DNA of 64,000 bases. Source: Myxococcota bacterium (GTDB taxonomy: Bacteria; Myxococcota_A; UBA9160; UBA6930). Below are positions 28,147 to 38,942 of this stretch, piece by piece. Position 1 is the stretch's first letter. Each line of letters begins with the position of its first letter. Where the stretch lies: NCBI GenBank assembly GCA_965223415.1, contig OZ245002.1:4544001-4608000 (forward strand), written 5' to 3'. Below the pieces are notes generated by a model, which worked only from the letters and a program-made list of their open reading frames with translations, did not search any database and was not told the origin of the DNA. The translations under genes were made by a program, and so were the position numbers.

Positions 28147-29139
28147 ATGACGGAGGAGACTCTCGCCTACCGGGACAATCCGCGCTTTTGGCCCTACGTC
28201 CAGATCGCCCGGATCGACCACTGGTTCAAGAACGTCTTCATGCTGCTCGGCGTGTTCGTGGCGTTCTTCGTCGACCACGGGCTGCTGCGCTGGGAGACGG
28301 TGCCGCTGCTGGCACTCGCGTTCCTCGCCACCTGCATCACCGCCAGCAGCAACTACGTCATCAACGAGACCCTCGACGCGGCTTTCGATCGCAAACACCC
28401 GACCAAGAAGCAGCGCCCGGCGGCCAATTGGGAGATCCGGCGCCGCTACGCCCTGGCCGAATGGCTCTTGCTGGGCGCCCTGGGCGTCGGCCTGGGCTGG
28501 CTCGTGAACGCGCCCTTCGCCTGGGCGCTGGTCGCCCTGTGGGTGATGGGCGTCCTCTACAACGTGCGGCCGGTGCGGACGAAGGAGGTGCCCTACCTCG
28601 ACGTCCTCTCGGAGTCGGTGAACAACCCGATCCGGCTCGTGCTGGGATGGTTCGCCCTGATCCCCGACCGCTTCCCGCCGGTCACGCTGATCCTCGCCTA
28701 CTGGATGGTGGGCGCCTTCTTCATGGCCATGAAGCGCTTCGCCGAGTACCGGGAGATCGGCGATCCCGGTGTCGCGGCGCGCTACCGCCAGTCCTTCGCC
28801 TACTACGACGAGCCGCGGCTCCTGATCAGCCTCTTCTTCTACGCCATCGCGAGCGCGCTCTTCTCGGGCGTGTTCATCGTCCGCTACCACCTCGAGCTGA
28901 TCCTGATCGTGCCGCTGCTGGCCGGCTTCTTCGCCTACTACATGCAGCTCGGCCTGAAGCCCGGCAGCCCGGTCCAGAACCCGGAGCGGCTCTACAAGGA
29001 GCGCGGCTTCGTCCTCTACATGGTCGCCACCGCCATCTTCGGCGCGCTCCTGATGCTCACCGAGATCCCGGTTCTCTACGACCTGTTCAACGTCGAGCTC
29101 GCCAAGACCCCGCCGCTCTGGACCCTCGGCGGCCCCTGA
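28147..29139 (+). CDS. UbiA-family prenyltransferase, DPPR-synthase-like
   Basis: RIDHWFKN, NYVINE.LD...DRKHPTKKQRP, KRFAE. Confidence 0.82.
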   Translation: MTEETLAYRDNPRFWPYVQIARIDHWFKNVFMLLGVFVAFFVDHGLLRWETVPLLALAFLATCITASSNYVINETLDAAFDRKHPTKKQRPAANWEIRRRYALAEWLLLGALGVGLGWLVNAPFAWALVALWVMGVLYNVRPVRTKEVPYLDVLSESVNNPIRLVLGWFALIPDRFPPVTLILAYWMVGAFFMAMKRFAEYREIGDPGVAARYRQSFAYYDEPRLLISLFFYAIASALFSGVFIVRYHLELILIVPLLAGFFAYYMQLGLKPGSPVQNPERLYKERGFVLYMVATAIFGALLMLTEIPVLYDLFNVELAKTPPLWTLGGP

Positions 29140-29152
29140 GGCGGGTCGGCGG

Positions 29153-31540
<2,388 letters not shown>

Positions 31541-31663
31541 GCTCGTCCTCCCACCCGCGGTGAACGCCAAACCTAGGCCCGTGGGGCGAGCGGTCAAACC
31601 ACCCAACCCGTCGACATCGAAGGGGAAATTCGTCATCCTGGGCAGGCGCTGCGAGGACTCCCG

Positions 31664-32224
31664 ATGTCCGAGCCCAGTCTCCGAGACGCTCGTGCGGCCT
31701 ACTTCGCCGAGGAAGGCCTGGCCGACGACGGTGGCTACGGCGAGGAGTGGGTCCGGATCCGGGTCGGCCCGTTTCCCTTCCGCTATCGCAACAGCGAGGG
31801 GCGCAAGCGGCTAGCCCCCGCCCACGACGTCCACCACCTGGTTACCGGCTACGCCACGGACCTGCCGGGTGAGTGCGAGATCGCGGCCTGGGAGATCGGG
31901 AGCGGGCTGCGCGACGCGACCGGTCTGTGGCTCTCGTTCCGCGTGCTGGGCTTCATGGTGTTCGCCATGCCGGCGCGCGCCTACCGAGCCTTCGTGCGCG
32001 GGAGGCACAGCCGCAACCTCTTCACCCTCGGCCCGACGGTCGACGACGCCCTCCTCGATCGAAGCGTCGACGACCTGCGCCGCGAGCTCTCCGTTCCGGA
32101 GCAGGCGCCGGCGGGAACGCTGGGAGACGCGCTGGCCTTCGCCGGGTGGTCCGCGGCGGGGGTCGCGGTGGTATTCGGCCCCCTCGTGCCGATCGCGGCG
32201 CTGCTCTGGTGGTGGCTCGCCTAG
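31664..32224 (+). CDS. Coq4-like protein with HDxxH-x11-E motif and C-terminal membrane anchor
   Basis: HDVHH-LVTGYATDLPG-E; GAGGA RBS. Confidence 0.6.
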   Translation: MSEPSLRDARAAYFAEEGLADDGGYGEEWVRIRVGPFPFRYRNSEGRKRLAPAHDVHHLVTGYATDLPGECEIAAWEIGSGLRDATGLWLSFRVLGFMVFAMPARAYRAFVRGRHSRNLFTLGPTVDDALLDRSVDDLRRELSVPEQAPAGTLGDALAFAGWSAAGVAVVFGPLVPIAALLWWWLA

Positions 32225-32242
32225 CCTGCGGTCGGTCGCCGT

Positions 32243-32329
32243 TGGTGCCCAGGACTGGAGTCGAACCAGCACGGGGTTGCCCCCACTAGATTCTGAGTCT
32301 AGCGCGTCTACCAATTCCGCCACCTGGGC
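32243..32329 (-). tRNA. tRNA-Leu(CAG)
   Basis: GCCCAGG acceptor stem, anticodon arm CTAGA-CTCAGAA-TCTAG, long variable arm, GGTTCGACTCC T-loop, encoded CCA. Confidence 0.97.
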
Positions 32330-32369
32330 ACAGGCGGGATGCGAAGGCTACGGGGCGGCCTGCGGCCCG

Positions 32370-34331
32370 TCAACTCGACGAAGCGGCGGCCTCGGCATCG
32401 GCCATGGCGGCGAGCTCTGCGCCGAGTCGCTCGTACTCGGCATAGAGGGCCTCGATCTCGGCTCCGAGCTCGCCCCGCTCGGCCTCTAGGCCGCGCAGCC
32501 GGTCCGGATCCTTGAAGAGCTCCGGGTCCGCGAGCTTCCAGCCCAGCTCGGCCACGGCGTTCTCCTTCTCGAGGATCTCCGCCTCGATGCGCTCGACCCG
32601 GCGCTCCACCTTCTCCCGGGCCTTGCGGCGCTCGCGCTCCACTCGTCGGCGTTCCTTGTGGGACACCGGATCGCCTGGCGTCTGGTTCGCGGGCTCCGGG
32701 GTGGCTTCGGGGGTCGGGGCCTTCGCCCGGGGTGCGGCGATCTTGGCGAGGTAGGCGTCGTAGTTGCCGGGGAAGAGCCGCAGGCGGCCCTCCTTCACCT
32801 CGACGACGCGGGAGGCCAACGCGTTGATGAACGCGCGGTCGTGGGAGATGAAGACGAGGGTTCCCTTGTACTGGCGCAGCGCGTCCTCGAGCACCTCGCA
32901 GGCCTGGACGTCGAGGTGGTTGGTGGGCTCGTCGAGCACCAGGACGTTCGACGGGCGCAGCAGCAGCTTCGCGAGGGCCAGCCGCGCCTTCTCTCCGCCG
33001 GAGAGCACGCTCACCTTCTTGTCGACGTCGTTGCCGCTGAACAGGAAGGCGCCCAGGTGGCCGCGCAGCCGCGGCACGTCGCCGGTGGTCGCCGCGGACT
33101 CCAGCTCGCCGAGCACGCTGCGGGAAGGGTCCAGGGATTCGAGCTGGTGCTGGGCGTAGAAGGCCACCTCGACCCGGTGGCCGAGCTCCCGCTCCCCCTC
33201 CTCGAAGGGCAGGACGCCGGCCAGGATGCGCAGCAGCGTCGACTTGCCGGCGCCGTTCGGCCCGACCAGCGCCACGCGATCGCCGCGCTCTATCGCCAGG
33301 TCGACGCCCGCGTAGACGACCGTCTCGTCGTAGCGCTTGTGGATGCCGTGCAGGGCGACGGGCACGGCGCCCGCCCGGGCCGGCTCCGGGATCCTGAGGC
33401 GGATGCGCCGCTTGTCCTCGTCCGGGAGCTCGATGCGCTCCTGCTTCTCGAGGGCCTTCACGCGGCTCTGTACCTGCCGGGCCTTGCTCGCCTTGTAGCG
33501 GAAGCGCTCGATGAAGCGCTCGGTCTCCGCCGCCTTGCGGTCGAGGCTCTTCTTGCGGGCGAGGAGCTCCTCCTTGCGCCGCTCGCGCTCCTCGAGATAG
33601 AAGTCGTAGCTCCCCGGGTACACCGTGAAGCGTCCCAGGGCGAGCTCGGCCACCTGGCCCACGTGGCGGCGAAGGAAGGTGCGGTCGTGGGAGATCACGA
33701 CCACGCCGCCGGCGAAGGCCGCCAGGGTCTCCTCGAACCACTGGATCGAGGGCAGGTCGAGGTGGTTCGTCGGCTCGTCGAGGAGCAGCACGTCCGGCTC
33801 GGCGAGCAGCAGCTTGGCCAGCTCGACCCGCATCATCCAGCCGCCGCTGAAGGTGCGCAGCGGGCGGCCGCGGCTCTCCATGTCGAACCCCAGGCCGGCC
33901 AGCACCCGCTCGATCCGGGTCTCGCGCTCGAAGCCGCCGGCGTGGTCGAAGCGCGCGTGGGCCAGGTCGTAGGCAAGGGCCAGATCGGCGCTCACCTCAC
34001 CGGTGCGGGCCATCTCCGCCTCCAGCTCGCGGAGCTCCCGCTCCAGGTCCTCCACGTGGGCCAGGGCGCGGCCCGCCTCTTCGCGCACGCTGTGGTCCTG
34101 GGCCGGGTCGATCTCCTGGCGCAGCATCCCGATGCGCGCGCCGCGGCGGACGCTGCGCTGGCCCGCGTCCGGCGGCTCGTCGCCGGACGCGATGCGCAGC
34201 AGCGTGGACTTGCCGGCGCCGTTCGCGCCGACGAGGCCGATGCGGTCGCCCGCGCGCACCTCGAGGGAGACGCCTTGGAAGAGCGTGCGCCCCCCGAAGC
34301 CGCGCGAGACGTCGTCGAGCCGGAGCAGCAT
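32370..34331 (-). CDS. ABC-F family ribosome-associated ATPase
   Basis: Two NBDs (GANGAGKST/FSGGW/LLDEPTNHLD; GPNGAGKST/LSGGE/LDEPTNHLD), no TM, C-terminal coiled coil. Confidence 0.93.
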   Translation of the reverse strand: MLLRLDDVSRGFGGRTLFQGVSLEVRAGDRIGLVGANGAGKSTLLRIASGDEPPDAGQRSVRRGARIGMLRQEIDPAQDHSVREEAGRALAHVEDLERELRELEAEMARTGEVSADLALAYDLAHARFDHAGGFERETRIERVLAGLGFDMESRGRPLRTFSGGWMMRVELAKLLLAEPDVLLLDEPTNHLDLPSIQWFEETLAAFAGGVVVISHDRTFLRRHVGQVAELALGRFTVYPGSYDFYLEERERRKEELLARKKSLDRKAAETERFIERFRYKASKARQVQSRVKALEKQERIELPDEDKRRIRLRIPEPARAGAVPVALHGIHKRYDETVVYAGVDLAIERGDRVALVGPNGAGKSTLLRILAGVLPFEEGERELGHRVEVAFYAQHQLESLDPSRSVLGELESAATTGDVPRLRGHLGAFLFSGNDVDKKVSVLSGGEKARLALAKLLLRPSNVLVLDEPTNHLDVQACEVLEDALRQYKGTLVFISHDRAFINALASRVVEVKEGRLRLFPGNYDAYLAKIAAPRAKAPTPEATPEPANQTPGDPVSHKERRRVERERRKAREKVERRVERIEAEILEKENAVAELGWKLADPELFKDPDRLRGLEAERGELGAEIEALYAEYERLGAELAAMADAEAAASSS

Positions 34332-34425
34332 GGGCCCGGGAACCTAGGCAGCGGGGCGCGCCGGCGCGAATCCCCCTCAACTCCCGGCGGATCGAGGCCG
34401 ACACGTAGGGCAGGAGCGAGCCCAC

Positions 34426-34713
34426 GTGAACACGGACAAGCTGCTGGAGATCGGCGAACGGGGCATCCACCTGCTCTTCGACCGGCAGATGATCTCGGAA
34501 GCCTTCGACCAAGATGCGGATGTGCTCCGTGAGGACATCGCCGGCCGCATCGGCGAGATCCACGGCGCCATCCAGCAGCTCGTCGAGCTCGAGACCCCGG
34601 AGCAGGGCCAACGCTTCGTCGCCCGCCTCGCCCCGTCCGTCCGCCACGTCCTCGTCCTCCTCTACTTCGAGCTCCTCGACGGCCGCCTCCGCCAGAACCC
34701 CACCCTCCACTGA
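34426..34713 (+). CDS. small hypothetical protein
   Basis: AGGAG RBS, GC3-rich codons, plausible helical 95-aa protein. Confidence 0.7.
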   Translation: MNTDKLLEIGERGIHLLFDRQMISEAFDQDADVLREDIAGRIGEIHGAIQQLVELETPEQGQRFVARLAPSVRHVLVLLYFELLDGRLRQNPTLH

Positions 34714-34748
34714 CGCATCGGCTCCCCCCTTCGTTCTTTCAACGACGA

Positions 34749-35174
34749 GCCGCTTCGCTTCTCTCGTGGGCATCCAGTCGCCGGGGGTGGGCACAGGCCG
34801 GGCTCCATGGCTCGGCCGTTGCGCGGAGGCCGCGTACGGCCCGCATGGAGGGGTCGCCGCTTCCGGCCTTCGGCCGGCGGCAACCTGAGCGCACGACGAT
34901 CATCGTGCCTGCCTGCGCTTGACTTCCGCCCGACCTGTGCCCACCCCCGGCGAAATGGGCCCCTTGGTCAGCTCGACCGATCGCGGGGCGGGGGGCGGCC
35001 AGCGCGGAAGTCAAGCGCAGGCAGGCAACACGTCCGTCGTCGGCAAGTTCGCCGCCGGCGAAGCCGAGGCGGCGAACCCGCCATGCGTCTTCCTGAGCGG
35101 CCTCGACGCCCCGGCCGAGCCATGGAGCGCTGGCCGCCCCCCGCTCCGCGATCCGCAAGGAGAAGCGAAGTGGC
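34749..35174. repeat. structured intergenic repeat element, long copy
   Basis: Terminal IR GCCGCTTCGCTTCTC/GAGAAGCGAAGTGGC, nested IRs, strong similarity to 59191-59428. Confidence 0.85.
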
Positions 35175-35195
35175 CTTGCTCAGAAAGGGTGGGGG

Positions 35196-38100
35196 TTAGG
35201 CGGGGCGTCTCGCGCCGTCGGGGGCTCGGGTGCGGGTGCGTTCGATGAGCTCGGGGATGGAGAGGGCGAGGGGGAGGCGGACGCGCTCGCCGCGCTTGGT
35301 GCGGAAGAGGAGGTGGCCCCGGTCGCGGGCGTGAAGGAAGAGGTCGCGGAGGAGAGCGACGTCCTGGCGGCAGTAGCGCTCGATCTCGTCGATGCGGCCT
35401 TCCTTCCACCATTGGAGGGACTGCAGGCCGTCGGCGGTCTTCGCGGCACCCAGGGTCTCCTCGCCCAGGTGGCCCAGGGAGAGGCGGAAGCCCAGACGCG
35501 CGTGGATCGCCTCGAGCAGGTCGAAGCTCGGCACGCCGCGCAGGCCGTCGTCGGTGTAGCCCTGGAGGACCTTGTAGTCGAAGCGGGTCGAGTTGAAGCC
35601 GATCACCAGGTCGGCGGCGGCGAAGTCGCGGAGCAGAGCGTCCACGTCCGCTTCCCGGTAGGTGCGGAAGGCCTCCTCCTGGCTGTCCCAGGTGCAGGCG
35701 AGGGCGACGCGCATCAGGTGGGCGTTGTGCCAGCCGCCCACCTCCTGGGCGCTGCGCTGGGTCTCGAGATCGAACCAGAGGAGCCGCGGCGCGGGCGCGG
35801 CCGGCGCCTCCGCCGCCGGCTCGGGCTCCCGCGGGCGGAGCGCCACCAGCGGCTCCTCCTCCGGGAGCGGCGGCAGTTCCTCCTGGCCGAGCACTAGCTC
35901 GAGCACGCGCAGGGCGGCGGTCTTGTCGATGGGCCGGTTGCCGTTGCCGCAGCGGGGCGAGTGGACGCAGCTCGGGCAGCCCGTCTCGCAGGGACAGTCC
36001 CGGATCAGGAGCTGGGTGGTTTCGAGCAGGCCCTCGACCCGATCGAAGGCGCTCCCGGTGAGCCCCATGCCGCCGTCGTGGCCGTCGTAGAAGAAGACGG
36101 CGGCGCGGCCGAGCTGGGGATGGCGGGTGTAGGAGATTCCCGCGACGTCGAAGCGATCGCACAGGGCGAAGAGGGGGAAGACCGCCAGGGCCGCGTGCTC
36201 GACGGCGTGGATGCCGCCCATCACGTGGCGCTCCTCGCGCTCGAGGACCGCCGGCAGCTCGTCGGGCATCTCGAGCCAGATTCCGGTGGTCTCGTAGGAG
36301 GTCGGCGGCAGGTCGAGAGGCTCGGTGCCGAGGAGCTCCTGACCGCGCACCCGCCGCCGCTCGTAGCCGGTGACGTGGGTGGTGACCTTCACCCGCCCCT
36401 CGACGAGGCGCACGTTGCCGACCGGGCGCGTCCGCTCCCGGGAGAGGATCTCCGTCTCCTTCTCCGAGATCGCCCGGGTGAAGTAGACCGCGTCCACCGG
36501 CTCCACCGTCACCCGCCGCTCGTCCAGCTCGAGGCGCGTCACGACGTAGGAGCGCCCGGCGTGAAGGTAGATCGCGCCCTCGTGGCACTCGGTGTAGACG
36601 TGCCCCGCTCCGACCTGGCCGACTACCCGGGGCTTGCCCTTGCCGGCCACGGGGGGCTTGCCCTTGCCGCGGCCTTCGCCTTTGGGCGCGGGGGCGTCCG
36701 GCGTTCCGCCCAGCACGATCGTGTAGCTGGCCCCGGCCGAGCGCAGGCTCACGTGGCGGTGGGGACTCCGCCGGGAGGCGAACCAGCGATCGCCGGACTC
36801 GCTGCGCAGGAGCTCGCCGGCCTCCTCCAGCCGGGCCAGCGCCGCCTGCACCGGCGGCTCCTGGAGGGCCGGCTCGCTGGCGCGCAGGGGCACCTCGGCG
36901 GCGGCGCAGGGCAGGTGGGCGTCGAGGATCTCGCCGTTGCTCGGATCGAGCACCGCGTGCTCGAAGCGCCCGGAGAAGAGTGCCTTCGGGTGGGCGACGA
37001 AGTACTGGTCCAGGGCGTCGGGCTGGGCGACGAGCGCCACGACGGCCTCGTGCCGCCGTCCGACCCGGCCCGCGCGCTGCCAGGTGGCGATCTGGCTGCC
37101 TGGGTACCCGACCAGGAGACACACGTCGAGGCCGCCCACGTCGATCCCCAGCTCGAGGGCCGAGGTGGAGATCACGCCGAGCAGGTCCCCGGTGAACAGC
37201 CGGCGCTCGATCTCGCGCCGCTCCTCGGGCAGGAAGCCGGCGCGGTAGGAGCTGATCTTGCCGGCCAGGGCCGGCTCGCTCTGGGCGATCCAGGTGTGCA
37301 TCAGCTCGGTCACCCGCCGCGCCTTGGTGAAGGCGATCGTGCGCAGGCCGTGACGCACCGCGAGGCGGAAGAGCTGGGAGGCCACGGTGTAGGGCGAGAG
37401 CTGGGGGTTCAGGAGCAGCACGTTGCGGCGGCTGCGGGAGGCGCCGTCGCTCTCGACCACGTCGAAGGGGCGGCCCGTCAGGTTCTCCGCCAGCTCCCCG
37501 GGGTTGGCGACCGTCGCCGAGGCGCACACGAGCTGCGGCGTCGCCCCGTGATTGCGCGCCACCCGCAGGAGGCGCCGCAGCACCTGCGACACGTGGGAGC
37601 CGAAGATGCCCCGGTAGGTGTGCAGCTCGTCCACCACCACCAGACGCAGGCCGCGGAAGAGACCGTCCCAGCTCTGGTGATGGGGGAGGATGCCAAGGTG
37701 CAGCATGTCCGGCGTGGTGATCAGCACGTGGGGCGGGTTCTCGCGGATCTTTTTGCGCCGCGAGGGGGGCGTGTCCCCGTCGTAGATCTCCACCTGCGGC
37801 CGGTCGTCCGGGGCCAGGAGGCCGAGGGCGTTGATGTCCTCCTCCAGCTTCTTGCGTTGGTCCTGCTCCAGGGCCTTCAGCGGGAACAGGAAGATGGCTC
37901 GGGCGTCCCGGTCGGCCAGGGCCTGCTCGAGGGTGGGCAGGCTGTAGACGAGGGACTTGCCGCTGGCGGTGGGCGTGGCGAGCACCACGTCGCGCCCGGC
38001 GCGCAGCGCCTCGATCGCGCGGGTCTGGTGGGCGTAAGGCGCCGCGATGCCGCGGCCCTTCAGGACCTGCTGGAGCGGCTCCGAGAGCGGAAGCTCCGGC

Positions 38101-38234
38101 GCCAGCTCCGGCTCGCGGGGCGGCATCACCTCGTGGTGGCGAAGCGCGGCGGAGAGATCCGCATCCTTCTGGATGGCGGCGAGGAACGCGGCCACGCGCT
38201 CGCTCGTGCTCGTTCGGCTGGCTCGTTCCGGCAC
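35196..38234 (-). CDS. YprA/MrfA-like DEAH helicase (DUF1998) fused to C-terminal DEDD/RNase H-like exonuclease
   Basis: YAHQ, TASGKS, PLKALEQDQ, DELH, SAT, TSALELGIDVG, QRAGRVGR, HAVEHA, CPCETGCPSC; then FDLETQ, GFN..RFD, YCRQDV. GTG start inferred. Confidence 0.9.
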   Translation of the reverse strand: MPERASRTSTSERVAAFLAAIQKDADLSAALRHHEVMPPREPELAPELPLSEPLQQVLKGRGIAAPYAHQTRAIEALRAGRDVVLATPTASGKSLVYSLPTLEQALADRDARAIFLFPLKALEQDQRKKLEEDINALGLLAPDDRPQVEIYDGDTPPSRRKKIRENPPHVLITTPDMLHLGILPHHQSWDGLFRGLRLVVVDELHTYRGIFGSHVSQVLRRLLRVARNHGATPQLVCASATVANPGELAENLTGRPFDVVESDGASRSRRNVLLLNPQLSPYTVASQLFRLAVRHGLRTIAFTKARRVTELMHTWIAQSEPALAGKISSYRAGFLPEERREIERRLFTGDLLGVISTSALELGIDVGGLDVCLLVGYPGSQIATWQRAGRVGRRHEAVVALVAQPDALDQYFVAHPKALFSGRFEHAVLDPSNGEILDAHLPCAAAEVPLRASEPALQEPPVQAALARLEEAGELLRSESGDRWFASRRSPHRHVSLRSAGASYTIVLGGTPDAPAPKGEGRGKGKPPVAGKGKPRVVGQVGAGHVYTECHEGAIYLHAGRSYVVTRLELDERRVTVEPVDAVYFTRAISEKETEILSRERTRPVGNVRLVEGRVKVTTHVTGYERRRVRGQELLGTEPLDLPPTSYETTGIWLEMPDELPAVLEREERHVMGGIHAVEHAALAVFPLFALCDRFDVAGISYTRHPQLGRAAVFFYDGHDGGMGLTGSAFDRVEGLLETTQLLIRDCPCETGCPSCVHSPRCGNGNRPIDKTAALRVLELVLGQEELPPLPEEEPLVALRPREPEPAAEAPAAPAPRLLWFDLETQRSAQEVGGWHNAHLMRVALACTWDSQEEAFRTYREADVDALLRDFAAADLVIGFNSTRFDYKVLQGYTDDGLRGVPSFDLLEAIHARLGFRLSLGHLGEETLGAAKTADGLQSLQWWKEGRIDEIERYCRQDVALLRDLFLHARDRGHLLFRTKRGERVRLPLALSIPELIERTRTRAPDGARRPA

Positions 38235-38401
38235 GTCCCCATCCGTCCGCCAAGGGCGGACGCCTCTCTCACGCGGTCCGCCGGTGGAGGGACGCGGCGG
38301 TGTTGGAATGGGGACCCGGTGGAGACTAGGGGTCGCCCCGGAAAGAGCCAGCGCCGGCACCGCTCGCGGTGCCTCGCGTCCTACGGCACCGTCAGGGCGC
38401 C

Positions 38402-38851
38402 ATGCGCCTCTCCCTCCAGAGCCAGTACGCGATCTGTGGGATGTTCGACCTGGCCTACCACGGCGAGGACGGGCCCGTGCAGGTGCGCGTGATCGGCGAG
38501 CGCCAGCGCATCCCGGGCCGCTACCTCGAGCAGATCTTCCAGCGCCTGCGCAAGGCGGAGCTGGTGCGCGGCAAACGCGGCCCGGGCGGAGGCTACGTGC
38601 TGGCGCGTCCCGCGGCGGACGTGACGCTCCGGGACATCGTGGAGGCCGTCGAAGGCCCCCTCGAGGACTCCCTGGCCCCGGGTCCGCCGCCCCGGGACCG
38701 GGACGTCGCCGAGCGCCCGAGCTTCCTCTGGCCGGAGCTCGCCGAACGGATCGGCCGGGCCCTCGACGTGAGCCTGGCGCGGCTGTGCCGGGAGGCGGCG
38801 GAGGGCGGGGTCGCGCGGGCGAGCGCGGCCAATCGCATGTGGCACATCTGA
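38402..38851 (+). CDS. Rrf2-family transcriptional regulator lacking the IscR Cys triad (CymR-like)
   Basis: YLEQIFQRLRKAELV...RGPGGGY.LARP...TL.DIVEAVEG. Confidence 0.9.
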   Translation: MRLSLQSQYAICGMFDLAYHGEDGPVQVRVIGERQRIPGRYLEQIFQRLRKAELVRGKRGPGGGYVLARPAADVTLRDIVEAVEGPLEDSLAPGPPPRDRDVAERPSFLWPELAERIGRALDVSLARLCREAAEGGVARASAANRMWHI

Positions 38852-38942
38852 AACCGCCGCCCCATGTGAATCCCTTCACAGCCGGCGCGCCCCCCGCCTG
38901 ACACGCTCCCCCTCGACCCCAGGGCCGCGCCGGAGAGCTTCC

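Noticed and set aside
32243..32329. tRNA-Leu as an island integration site
   Set aside because: No integrase and no duplicated tRNA 3' end noticed; flanking genes look native.
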